Below are positions 37,028 through 45,412 of a stretch of DNA of 64,000 bases, piece by piece. Where the stretch lies: positions 564 through 64,563 of the forward strand of contig JAPLWQ010000001.1 in NCBI GenBank assembly GCA_026396515.1, in the 5' to 3' direction. Source of the stretch: Candidatus Magasanikiibacteriota bacterium. Its GTDB lineage: Bacteria > Patescibacteriota > Patescibacteriia > Magasanikbacterales > GWA2-37-8. Below the pieces are notes generated by a model that saw only the letters and a program-made list of their open reading frames with translations, did no database searches and was not told the origin of the DNA. A program made the translations under genes and the position numbers. Positions within the stretch are counted from its first letter, which is position 1. The number at the start of each line of letters is the position of its first letter.

Positions 37028-39139
37028 ATGATACAAACAAGAACTATGGATTTTTCTACACCAATAATAAAACTTAATCGCGTCGGAGCAACACTTGCCC
37101 GGCGTTTTGGGCGTTTAGGCGTGAAAACCGCCGGTGATTTGTTAAACTGGTTTCCTTTCCGATACGAAGATTATCGCCGCATCATACCTATCGGGAAAAT
37201 AGTTGAGGGAGAAGCCATTACCGTTTGCGGTCGGTTGGAACTTATCGCCAACAGGCGCAGTTTTCGCAGCAGAAAAATAATTACTACTGCCATGGTTTCC
37301 GATGAAAGCGGCAGTGTGCGCGTGGTTTGGTTTAATCAGCCGTATATCACTAAAAATTTGAAGCCGGGCGACATGATTTTTTTATCCGGCAAGGTTAAGG
37401 CGGATATGCTTGGCCCGCAGTTTGTCAGCCCGATGTACGAAAGAATGAATAACGCAGAGACAACGCATACGGCGCGGATGGTACCGATATATCCCTTAAC
37501 CGACGGCATTACTCAAAAGCAAATACGTTTCTTGATGTCCCAAGTAATGCCCCTGGCGCAATCTGCCGATGATTGGCTGCCTGATGAGATTTTGGAGCGG
37601 TTTGACCTTGCTCCGCTTAAGGATGCCTTGCAGGGAATTCATTTACCAAAAGATGAAATTGATTTAAAACAATGCACCGACCGGTTAAAATTCAATGAAT
37701 TATTCGTTCTTCAATTTAAAGCCGAATTAGCGCGCCGGGAAATGAGCTCAACCAAGGCCCCGGCCATGGAATTTAAGGAGGACGCTATCAAAAAATTCGT
37801 TGCCGGTTTGCCGTTTAAACTGACCAAGGGGCAGAAAGTAGCGGCTTGGGAAATTTTGAAAGATCTGCAAAATAATGCGCCGATGAATCGCTTGTTGTCG
37901 GGCGACGTTGGCTCCGGGAAAACGGTTATCGCGGCAATCGCCATATTAAATACGGTTTTAAATGGTTATCAGGCGATACTGATGGCGCCGACAGAAATTT
38001 TGGCGCGGCAGCACTTTGAATCATTTAAGAAATTATTTGGCGGGAAAATACAAATTGGGCTTCAGACCAGGTCACAGATATTTGTCGGAGAAGAAGAATT
38101 AACAAAGAAAAAAATGGCTCAATTTATCAGTCGGGGGGAAGTAAAAATAATTATCGGAACGCACGCCTTGCTTTCAGAGAAAATATTATTTAGCGATGTA
38201 GGCTTAATAGTTGTGGATGAACAGCATCGTTTTGGCGTGGCCCAAAGAAAAGCGATTAAAGATAAAACCGACGACGTGTCTGCCCATTATTTAAGCATGA
38301 CCGCCACACCGATTCCCCGGTCGCTCGCTTTAATGATTTACGGAGATTTGGATTTATCGGCGATAAATGAAATGCCGGCGGGACGCAAGCCGATTATTAC
38401 CAGATTGGTTGAGCCGAAAAATAGGGAAAAGGCGTATGAATTTATTTGTGGTCAGGTGAAGCAGGGGAGGCAAATATTTGTAATTTGTCCGCTGATAGAA
38501 CAGGCGCCAACTGAAGATTTTATACCGATAAATTATGATTTTACTTGGGCGGGTCAAAGCGACAAAAAAACCGTCATGAATGAATTCACGAAGTTATCTG
38601 AAGAAATTTTTCCAGATTTTTTGGTGGGATATTTGCACGGCAAACTTAAGCCCGCGGAAAAAGAGGCGACAATGAAAAAATTTCAAAATAATGAAATAAA
38701 TATTCTTGTTTCTACTTCTGTTGTGGAAGTTGGAATCGATATCCCCAACGCGTCTGTGATGATGATTGAAGGAGCGGACCGTTTCGGTTTGGCACAGCTT
38801 CATCAGTTTCGCGGACGCGTCGGCCGGTCGGTTTATCAATCATATTGTTTTTTATTTACCGGTTCTGAATCGGAAAAAGTTAAAGATCGGCTGACTTTTT
38901 TTGAACAAAATCTAAATGGTTTTAATTTGGCGGAAAAGGATCTGGAAACGCGTGGCCCCGGAGAAGTATATGGAACCGCCCAAAGCGGGCTCGCTAACTT
39001 AAGGTTGGCTAAGCTAACGGATAAAGAGGTAATTGTGAAGACAAGAAGCGCGGCTGTATTCGTGGCTCAAAATCTAAAAAAATTCCCTAAAATTAGGCAT
39101 TTCATTGCCAAATGGGAGAAGGGCGTGCATTTAGAGTAA
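37028..39139 (+). CDS. recG: ATP-dependent DNA helicase RecG
   Basis: Wedge/OB N-terminus, DEAD-box helicase motifs (GDVGSGKT, DEQH), C-terminal domain. The first ATG overlaps a TATAAT box, so an alternative start at 37046 is possible. Confidence 0.9.
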   Translation: MIQTRTMDFSTPIIKLNRVGATLARRFGRLGVKTAGDLLNWFPFRYEDYRRIIPIGKIVEGEAITVCGRLELIANRRSFRSRKIITTAMVSDESGSVRVVWFNQPYITKNLKPGDMIFLSGKVKADMLGPQFVSPMYERMNNAETTHTARMVPIYPLTDGITQKQIRFLMSQVMPLAQSADDWLPDEILERFDLAPLKDALQGIHLPKDEIDLKQCTDRLKFNELFVLQFKAELARREMSSTKAPAMEFKEDAIKKFVAGLPFKLTKGQKVAAWEILKDLQNNAPMNRLLSGDVGSGKTVIAAIAILNTVLNGYQAILMAPTEILARQHFESFKKLFGGKIQIGLQTRSQIFVGEEELTKKKMAQFISRGEVKIIIGTHALLSEKILFSDVGLIVVDEQHRFGVAQRKAIKDKTDDVSAHYLSMTATPIPRSLALMIYGDLDLSAINEMPAGRKPIITRLVEPKNREKAYEFICGQVKQGRQIFVICPLIEQAPTEDFIPINYDFTWAGQSDKKTVMNEFTKLSEEIFPDFLVGYLHGKLKPAEKEATMKKFQNNEINILVSTSVVEVGIDIPNASVMMIEGADRFGLAQLHQFRGRVGRSVYQSYCFLFTGSESEKVKDRLTFFEQNLNGFNLAEKDLETRGPGEVYGTAQSGLANLRLAKLTDKEVIVKTRSAAVFVAQNLKKFPKIRHFIAKWEKGVHLE

Positions 39140-39247
39140 AAAAGTATTGACTTTTTGGCTGAGTCATGCTATTCTCTCGTCATGTTTTTACCGTCTGTGC
39201 GGATGTTCCGCGCCGGTAGAACAGGGCTTTCATCAAGGAGAAGAGGC

Positions 39248-39652
39248 ATGAAAAACAGATTGGAAGAGGGAACGGCCAAGGGCTCCAAAGAGGGGGACAA
39301 GGATTTCGTCAAGGTATTCGTACAGCGGGCGGGGAAGACCGGTTTCGAACCGTTTTTCTCGCGTCGTACGCCGCTGCGTCTCAACGGCCACACGGTGACG
39401 GTGTTCGGTAGGACCGAGCGGGGCGCGTCCGACAGGAACGTGGAGGCCTGCGAGGTCATTTTCCGGAAGATCGATGATCTGGAGCAGATTTACGACTGCG
39501 ACGCCAGCATCACCTGTTCGCGGATGAGGGTGCAGGAGAAGGTTCCTGACATCGGGCGCGTACGCCGCCATATCGCGACGAAGATCTCCGAGCACCCCTG
39601 CATCAAGGTCGACGAGAAGAAGTTCATCGAGGTCTTGAGCCACCGCGTTTAG
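39248..39652 (+). CDS. hypothetical protein (134 aa), GC-rich singleton
   Basis: aaggagaagagg SD plus ATG at 39248. High GC relative to recG and radA. The ORF-track start at 39155 is TTG. Confidence 0.5.
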   Translation: MKNRLEEGTAKGSKEGDKDFVKVFVQRAGKTGFEPFFSRRTPLRLNGHTVTVFGRTERGASDRNVEACEVIFRKIDDLEQIYDCDASITCSRMRVQEKVPDIGRVRRHIATKISEHPCIKVDEKKFIEVLSHRV

Positions 39653-39682
39653 CGCTGCCAACATGCTTATTCTTCTTTGATT

Positions 39683-39722
39683 GAAAAAGCCGCCAAGGAT
39701 TTATTCCAAGGCGGCTTTATTT
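39683..39722. terminator. bidirectional terminator between ORF 39248 and radA
   Basis: aaaaagccgccaagg...ccaaggcggctttattttttt. Confidence 0.6.
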
Positions 39723-39737
39723 TTTTACTCTGATAGT

Positions 39738-41093
39738 TTAAGTGTGCTTAATAATTTCCTGAATATTTTTTATATCCACTATTTTAAGTATTTTCATTGT
39801 TAAACCGGCGCTCTTTTTTCCTAAATTGGTCAGGGCGCGCTTTAGCCCAAGCTGTTCGCATTCTTTAAGGCGTTTTTCAGTAAATGAAACAGGCCGTACT
39901 TCGCCCGATAATCCGATTTCTCCGAAAGCGGCCATATCAGAACCAAGCGGCTTATCTTTATACGCGCTGGCTATGGCTAGTGCCGCGGCGAGGTCAGCTG
40001 CCGGTTCATCGGCGGAAAGACCGCCAACCACATTTAAGTGAATATCATATTGGCTGAGTGTTAATCCGGCACGGCGTTCAAGCACGGCTACTAGCATGTG
40101 CAGGCGATTGAGGTCAAAGCCGCTTGATTTGCGCACCGGATAGCCAAAAGATGTTTTACTCACCAGTGCCTGCACTTCGCAGAGGATGGGGCGCGATCCT
40201 TCCATTAAACAAGCTACTACATTGCCTGGAGCGTTTTCCGCCCGTTCACCCAAAAAAGCGGCTGATGGATTTTTTACTTCCTGTAAGCCGTTTTCCTCCA
40301 TGGAAAAAACTCCGACTTCATCGGTTGAACCAAAACGGTTTTTGGCGGCGCGTAGTATTCTGAATTGATGAAAGCGGTCGCCCTCTAAATATAAGACAGT
40401 ATCAACCAAATGCTCTAAAGTTTTTGGTCCGGCGACAGTTCCTTCCTTGGTCACTTGCCCGATGAGTACAACTGTTAAGCGCTCGCTTTTCGCCAGATCC
40501 ATCAGTTTCACTGTGCAGGCGCGCACTTGCGCCAGATTTCCGGCTTCACCTATGGAGTCGGCAGAATAAACTGTTTGAATCGAATCGACAATCGTCAGAG
40601 CAGGCCGCTCTTTTTTTATGGTTGCGATAATTATATCAATATTTGATTCATTGCCGATTTTAAGTTTCTGCGCTTTAATGCTTAGTCTGTCGGCGCGCAA
40701 CTTGGTTTGTTCAGCCGATTCTTCGCCGGAGAGATAAAGGGCGGTTGGTAAAAAAGAAGCGAGTTGTAACGCCAGCGTTGATTTGCCGATACCCGGTTCA
40801 CCACCAAGTAAAATTAAACTTCCCGGTACAAGCCCGCCGCCAAGCACGCGGTCCAGTTCTCCGATATTCGTTTTCACCCGTGCGAAATCTTCGCTTTTAA
40901 TATCTGAAAGTGTGGAAATTTTCGCCGGCGCAAGTTCTTGAGCATCATCATTTTTTACAGACACCGTTGTCGGATTTTTATCAATCGTGCCCCATTGTCC
41001 GCATTCTAAACAGCGCCCAACCCATTTTTGGAATTGCGCGCCGCAGTGAGAGCAGGAATAAACAATATTTTGTCTGATATTTATTGAGCGCAT
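39738..41093 (-). CDS. radA: DNA repair protein RadA (Sms)
   Basis: N-terminal C4 zinc ribbon. RecA-like GGEPGIGKST Walker A. Lon-like C-terminus. Confidence 0.93.
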   Translation of the reverse strand: MRSINIRQNIVYSCSHCGAQFQKWVGRCLECGQWGTIDKNPTTVSVKNDDAQELAPAKISTLSDIKSEDFARVKTNIGELDRVLGGGLVPGSLILLGGEPGIGKSTLALQLASFLPTALYLSGEESAEQTKLRADRLSIKAQKLKIGNESNIDIIIATIKKERPALTIVDSIQTVYSADSIGEAGNLAQVRACTVKLMDLAKSERLTVVLIGQVTKEGTVAGPKTLEHLVDTVLYLEGDRFHQFRILRAAKNRFGSTDEVGVFSMEENGLQEVKNPSAAFLGERAENAPGNVVACLMEGSRPILCEVQALVSKTSFGYPVRKSSGFDLNRLHMLVAVLERRAGLTLSQYDIHLNVVGGLSADEPAADLAAALAIASAYKDKPLGSDMAAFGEIGLSGEVRPVSFTEKRLKECEQLGLKRALTNLGKKSAGLTMKILKIVDIKNIQEIIKHT

Positions 41094-42667
41094 TTTTTTA
41101 TCGAGTTCAAGTAGGTTTTAATATATGTCTCACCGCCAGCGACAGCAGCACATCCTTGTCCATCACGGGTGCCCCCTTGACAAAAACCAATTCTGCCTTT
41201 TGGAGAAAATGCCGGTTGTTCGCAAGCCCCAGTCGCCGATTTACAGCATAAAGGCGCTGTTTTTTCACTATTTGGAGGACAATCAAACCCTCTTTTTTGA
41301 TTTGCGAGCGGCCAAGTTACCGGTGGAATGCATGATTGTTTCAATATATCCTCCGCACTGGTGGTTTTAAGCATTGTTAACAGTGCATTTTCGTCAAAAC
41401 TTTTCGGTTGACAACCCGTACGGCTGACATAGCTTTTCCAACTCGCCAGACCCATGCCATAGACAGCGGCCCCAGCAACGGGATTGGCGGCGCCCTTCAA
41501 TGCGTTTTTTTTAATCATGGCGGCCAATATTAAGTTGCCTTCTGCGTCGGAGTTTAACCAAGAGATATAGACACCGTCCGAATCGCCTGATTTTGGACAT
41601 AAAGGGCATCCCTGAGAGTGAATTGACACTATCTCAGCTCTTCTTTTGCTAAGTAAAGTTTTTGCGTTGCTCAACATTATTTGGCCTAGACCATGGCAAC
41701 ACCCCGTGCTATTACTGACTTTCCAATTTGATTCCTTTCCTATCTGCGTGGAAAATAAACAGCCATTAATTCCTAGTTTAAAGGCAACTTCCTGAGCCGT
41801 TTTTTCAAGTGCGGGGTTTGATGAAGCTGATGAGCCTTCATTTTCCAGTCCAATATAATTTTCGTCGAACTCAATAACCTCCTCCTCGATGTAGTGGACT
41901 TGTAAAGATTTGAAAGTAGTTAAATTCGGGTTAATAGTATACATGATGAAGTATGACCCCCAGGCGAGCAGGAGTCCGATTACCGCTTGCGATATTCTTT
42001 TATTTCCGGCCGCTTTTGCCGGCCCGCCGGCCGAAGTAATAATTTGCGCTCCGGCAACGATAATCATGACAACGGCCACAATGCTTAGCGTCACTACTAA
42101 AAAATTGTAAATAGCTTTGATGTATTCAGCCAGCCAGGGAATATATATATTTCCTTCAGCGTCGGCTTCAGTTGGAGGCGGGCTGAATTGTAGGTTGGGG
42201 ATAGATATTCCCAAAACAACGTCTTTGAGTTTTAATTCCTCTTCCAGTTTTGTCATTGTTGGCGCCTTATTACATTCTTCTGGATAACTTGCCCTTGTAC
42301 ATGGTTTCCCGAATTCGCCGTGAGAGTTGCATTCACTTTGATCGCGTATCACTTCGCCATTGGCATTGCGCGGAACTGATTTATTAGCGCCATCGGTGCA
42401 GACGCAGCACCAATTGAGCATTTCGGTATCGATAGGGTTTGTGGTGCAGCCCGGATTATCATGGATACTACACGGTGTTCCCCATGAGCCATGATCTCCG
42501 CATTCCATCATATCGTAAATTTGCTGTCCACTTGCACCCACAGGGATAGTGGCACTATCGCCGCTACCGCAAACACAACACACTGCGGCTCGTGTTGCTG
42601 CCGGTGCAAAAAAAACGGTTGCAAATAATATTGTTGAAATTGTTAAAAATTTTCGGAGTCTGGTCAT
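41081..42667 (-). CDS. secreted cysteine-rich protein with tandem CCxC modules, two-TM hairpin and SLT (lytic transglycosylase)-like motif
   Basis: Signal peptide. Two repeats of CCVC..x20..EC..HG..G.PC. Hydrophobic hairpin LVVTLSIVAVVMIIVAGAQIITSAGG. KESNWKVSNSTGCCHGLGQIM resembles the ES...GLMQ family-1 LT motif. About 26 Cys. Overlaps the radA start by 13 nt. Confidence 0.55.
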   Translation of the reverse strand: MTRLRKFLTISTILFATVFFAPAATRAAVCCVCGSGDSATIPVGASGQQIYDMMECGDHGSWGTPCSIHDNPGCTTNPIDTEMLNWCCVCTDGANKSVPRNANGEVIRDQSECNSHGEFGKPCTRASYPEECNKAPTMTKLEEELKLKDVVLGISIPNLQFSPPPTEADAEGNIYIPWLAEYIKAIYNFLVVTLSIVAVVMIIVAGAQIITSAGGPAKAAGNKRISQAVIGLLLAWGSYFIMYTINPNLTTFKSLQVHYIEEEVIEFDENYIGLENEGSSASSNPALEKTAQEVAFKLGINGCLFSTQIGKESNWKVSNSTGCCHGLGQIMLSNAKTLLSKRRAEIVSIHSQGCPLCPKSGDSDGVYISWLNSDAEGNLILAAMIKKNALKGAANPVAGAAVYGMGLASWKSYVSRTGCQPKSFDENALLTMLKTTSAEDILKQSCIPPVTWPLANQKRGFDCPPNSEKTAPLCCKSATGACEQPAFSPKGRIGFCQGGTRDGQGCAAVAGGETYIKTYLNSIKKCAQ

Positions 42668-42669
42668 AG

Positions 42670-43341
42670 CTAATATTTCTTTATCAGCTCGGTGAGAAAA
42701 GCATCAATATCAACCTCTGTTAAATAATTTACTTTCCGGTTATTAACAAAAATTTCCGGCGCTTTTTTCAGCCCAAGAGCTTCAGCTAAAGACACGGCTG
42801 ATTCAATGCGAGCTTTTGCCTCTGATGAATCCAAACAGATTTTTAAAGTTGTTGTGTTGAGTTTCACCACTTCCGCGACAGCCAGTAGCGTTTTCTCCTC
42901 GTTGAACCCTTTTCTGTATTTCATCAACTCATTCAGATATGGCCAAAATTTCTTACTATCTTGTTTTTGCGCGCAAAAAGCGGCATAGTGCGGCCGGTAA
43001 TTACTTGATGAAAAAAACCCTTTGTCAGGATAATCCTTGAATATCAGGCGAATTTCAGTGGGGTGTTCTTCAATAAATTTTGCCAATTTTTGATGCGCTT
43101 GCCGGCTTTCAGTTGAATTAATATCGACAAATTCTACGATGGTCATAGGCGCCCCCTGATTTCCAAGCAGGGGATCATTTATATCCAGCGGAATCATTAC
43201 CGAAGTTGGTTCAATAAGCGGCCGCTCGCTTTTTTCCACAGATACTTTATTAAATATGGAGAGCTGGCGCGCCAACATCAGGGCTGTAATAACCACAGCG
43301 ACAATCAGCAAAATTATAAATTTTTTGAATCCCGAAGTCAT
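42670..43341 (-). CDS. membrane-anchored DsbA/BdbD-like thioredoxin-fold protein with CxxC replaced by SxxS (predicted redox-inactive)
   Basis: GNQGAPMTIVEFVDINSTES aligns with G.ADAPVTVVEFGDYKCPSC of BdbD. The cis-Pro loop KAPEIFVNN is retained. Confidence 0.6.
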   Translation of the reverse strand: MTSGFKKFIILLIVAVVITALMLARQLSIFNKVSVEKSERPLIEPTSVMIPLDINDPLLGNQGAPMTIVEFVDINSTESRQAHQKLAKFIEEHPTEIRLIFKDYPDKGFFSSSNYRPHYAAFCAQKQDSKKFWPYLNELMKYRKGFNEEKTLLAVAEVVKLNTTTLKICLDSSEAKARIESAVSLAEALGLKKAPEIFVNNRKVNYLTEVDIDAFLTELIKKY

Positions 43342-43343
43342 AA

Positions 43344-44615
43344 TTATAGTTTTACTTCGAAAACGCCGCTTTGCGACGGGTCGGTAAATAATAAGCGGTT
43401 ATTCGTGTCGTCAACAGATAAATTATTGATTGAATAATCACCGCCGGTACTAATCGTAGTTTTCAAGCCGGTTATTAAATCAATTTTATACAGATCGTCG
43501 GTTGTACCGGCTGCTATTCCCGGTTTGATGCCGGCGCCTTGCGGCAGAGTGCGAGGTACGGCGCAGTACATTGTTGAATCGCCGCTGAAAGTGCATTTTT
43601 CCGCCCAGGTGGCCAGACCAAGGTTCTGCCGTCCGGATCCGATTTCCTGGCCGTATGAATTTACCACCCAAAGCTCGGGTTTGAAGTCACTTCGGTCGCT
43701 ATAAACACTGTAAGCCAATTTTTTTCCGGTCGGTGACCATTTTGGTTCAAAGCCTAGACCCTCCACGATTGTAGATTTAAAATTTTCACCATTCAAGCCG
43801 ACAAAGAATATTTCTTTGCGGTACATTCCTATACCGCGGGCGGTCAGGGCGAAAGCTACCGCCTGCTTGCTGGGCGACCAGTCGACAATTACTTTGTCCT
43901 GGTTTTCTCCCATTGGTTCAACTAATTTGGTGCCGGAACCGTCATCGTTTATTGTGACCAACCATCTGTTTTCCGGAGACAACCCCACCGCTTTGGCAGC
44001 CACTTCTTTGCTGTCCGCAGAAAAAGAAAAATCCTCCCAGTGCTTTGGTATGGTAACCTGTTTTTGAGTTTCAAAGTTATATATTATTTTTGAACCGTCA
44101 GGATATTCCAATACCGCCTTGTCCGCGCTGTTCGCCCAGGTCGTTTTGCTGACATTATAAAACGCTTGATCACTTAATGTTTTAACGGTTCCGTCAGGTA
44201 ATATGCGATAAAATTTTCCGTCTGTCGCGTCATAATAGCGATAGTTGCCGTTTTGGGCGAGTGATGGGTAAGTGGTAACAGTGTTGGTAATTTTTGTAAC
44301 CGCTTCGGTACGGTAATAACTCGGTTGTACGCCGGGAATATATCCGGCTACCGGTAAAGTGGTAGTGACTTCTCCGCTCGGAAGAGTGGTAGTGACACGA
44401 CCGCCGGAAGGCGGCAGCCCGCCCGGTACGGTTGGCGTGGCAGTTGGTGTAGGCAGAATTCCGGCCAGCGGCCCGGCTTTTTTAAATAAGTAGTATAGCG
44501 CGAAGGCAAGAAGCGCTGTCACGGCCAGAAGCGCGACAACGAGCAATATCCTTTTTGTTCTATCAGACATATTAAGATAAGCGTTTTTAATATTTAAAAG
44601 ATGTTTTTGCGCCAA
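43344..44615 (-). CDS. membrane-anchored PD40/TolB-like beta-propeller protein
   Basis: N-terminal TM, Pro/Thr-rich linker, repeated WSP..K..A(F/Y) PD40-like motifs. Confidence 0.55.
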   Translation of the reverse strand: MAQKHLLNIKNAYLNMSDRTKRILLVVALLAVTALLAFALYYLFKKAGPLAGILPTPTATPTVPGGLPPSGGRVTTTLPSGEVTTTLPVAGYIPGVQPSYYRTEAVTKITNTVTTYPSLAQNGNYRYYDATDGKFYRILPDGTVKTLSDQAFYNVSKTTWANSADKAVLEYPDGSKIIYNFETQKQVTIPKHWEDFSFSADSKEVAAKAVGLSPENRWLVTINDDGSGTKLVEPMGENQDKVIVDWSPSKQAVAFALTARGIGMYRKEIFFVGLNGENFKSTIVEGLGFEPKWSPTGKKLAYSVYSDRSDFKPELWVVNSYGQEIGSGRQNLGLATWAEKCTFSGDSTMYCAVPRTLPQGAGIKPGIAAGTTDDLYKIDLITGLKTTISTGGDYSINNLSVDDTNNRLLFTDPSQSGVFEVKL

Positions 44616-45408
44616 GATTTGATAATTGGTTAATTTGACGATTTATTCTCAGGAGCTGTTGGCGTAACGGTCTGGCACGTTGATCGCGTTGTTTTTCCAG
44701 GGTTTTGCGGAGTGTTTTCAATTTATTTTCTAAAGACTGTGTTTTCAGTGACGGGGCCCCCATACTGATTCCGGCAAGCCATAATAGTCCGATCGTCATA
44801 ATGCCGAGTATGGAAAGAAGCGGTAAAACTATAGTGTACCAAAGAGCAAAACCCCCAGCACAGATTCTTATCCATTTTACGGCATTTTTAGTCCGGTCGG
44901 TTGCCTTTGAAATAAAAATCTGTTTATTTATTGGAGAAAGTCCTTTTTCCACTTCTTTTTGCAACCCTTGCATTTGGCGATTAATTTTTAAACTGGCTGT
45001 TCGCAGCTCATTAATTTTCGGTTGGCCCGCCCGTGCGCGCTGCTCTAAACCGCCGGCCATCTGTTCCTGGGCCATCATGGCTTGCTCTTCTTCGCTACCT
45101 TCTTCTTCTCCGCCTTCTTCGCCCTCCCTTCCACCCCTTTCTTCCGCACCCTCTTCGCCTTCTTCGGCCTGCTCTTCCTCTGTTGGTTTTTCCGGCAATT
45201 CGCCGATTTCCGGATGTTCCATACCGGCGAATTCAGTTGCCGGACCGACATCTTGCTTCGCCAGATAGTCGGGTTCTTTTTTTGCTCTTTTTTCTATTGC
45301 CCTGCGTCTTTGCAATTCAGTGGCACGTCTTTCAAGGTCGGTGGGCTCGTCGTCATAAGGCGACCTGGCATTAGAATCAATAGTATCTTGTGGCGCTGGA
45401 TTGGCCAT
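44587..45408 (-). CDS. hypothetical membrane protein with Glu/Gly-rich acidic low-complexity region
   Basis: EEGEEGAEERGGREGEEGGEEEGSEEE tract. Two TM helices. First gene of a four- to five-gene minus-strand operon ending in radA. Confidence 0.5.
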   Translation of the reverse strand: MANPAPQDTIDSNARSPYDDEPTDLERRATELQRRRAIEKRAKKEPDYLAKQDVGPATEFAGMEHPEIGELPEKPTEEEQAEEGEEGAEERGGREGEEGGEEEGSEEEQAMMAQEQMAGGLEQRARAGQPKINELRTASLKINRQMQGLQKEVEKGLSPINKQIFISKATDRTKNAVKWIRICAGGFALWYTIVLPLLSILGIMTIGLLWLAGISMGAPSLKTQSLENKLKTLRKTLEKQRDQRARPLRQQLLRINRQINQLSNLGAKTSFKY

Positions 45409-45412
45409 AGAT

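Noticed and set aside
39233-39664. 143-aa minus ORF overlapping the 39248-39652 gene
   Set aside because: Antisense to an ORF with a strong SD. High-GC artefact.
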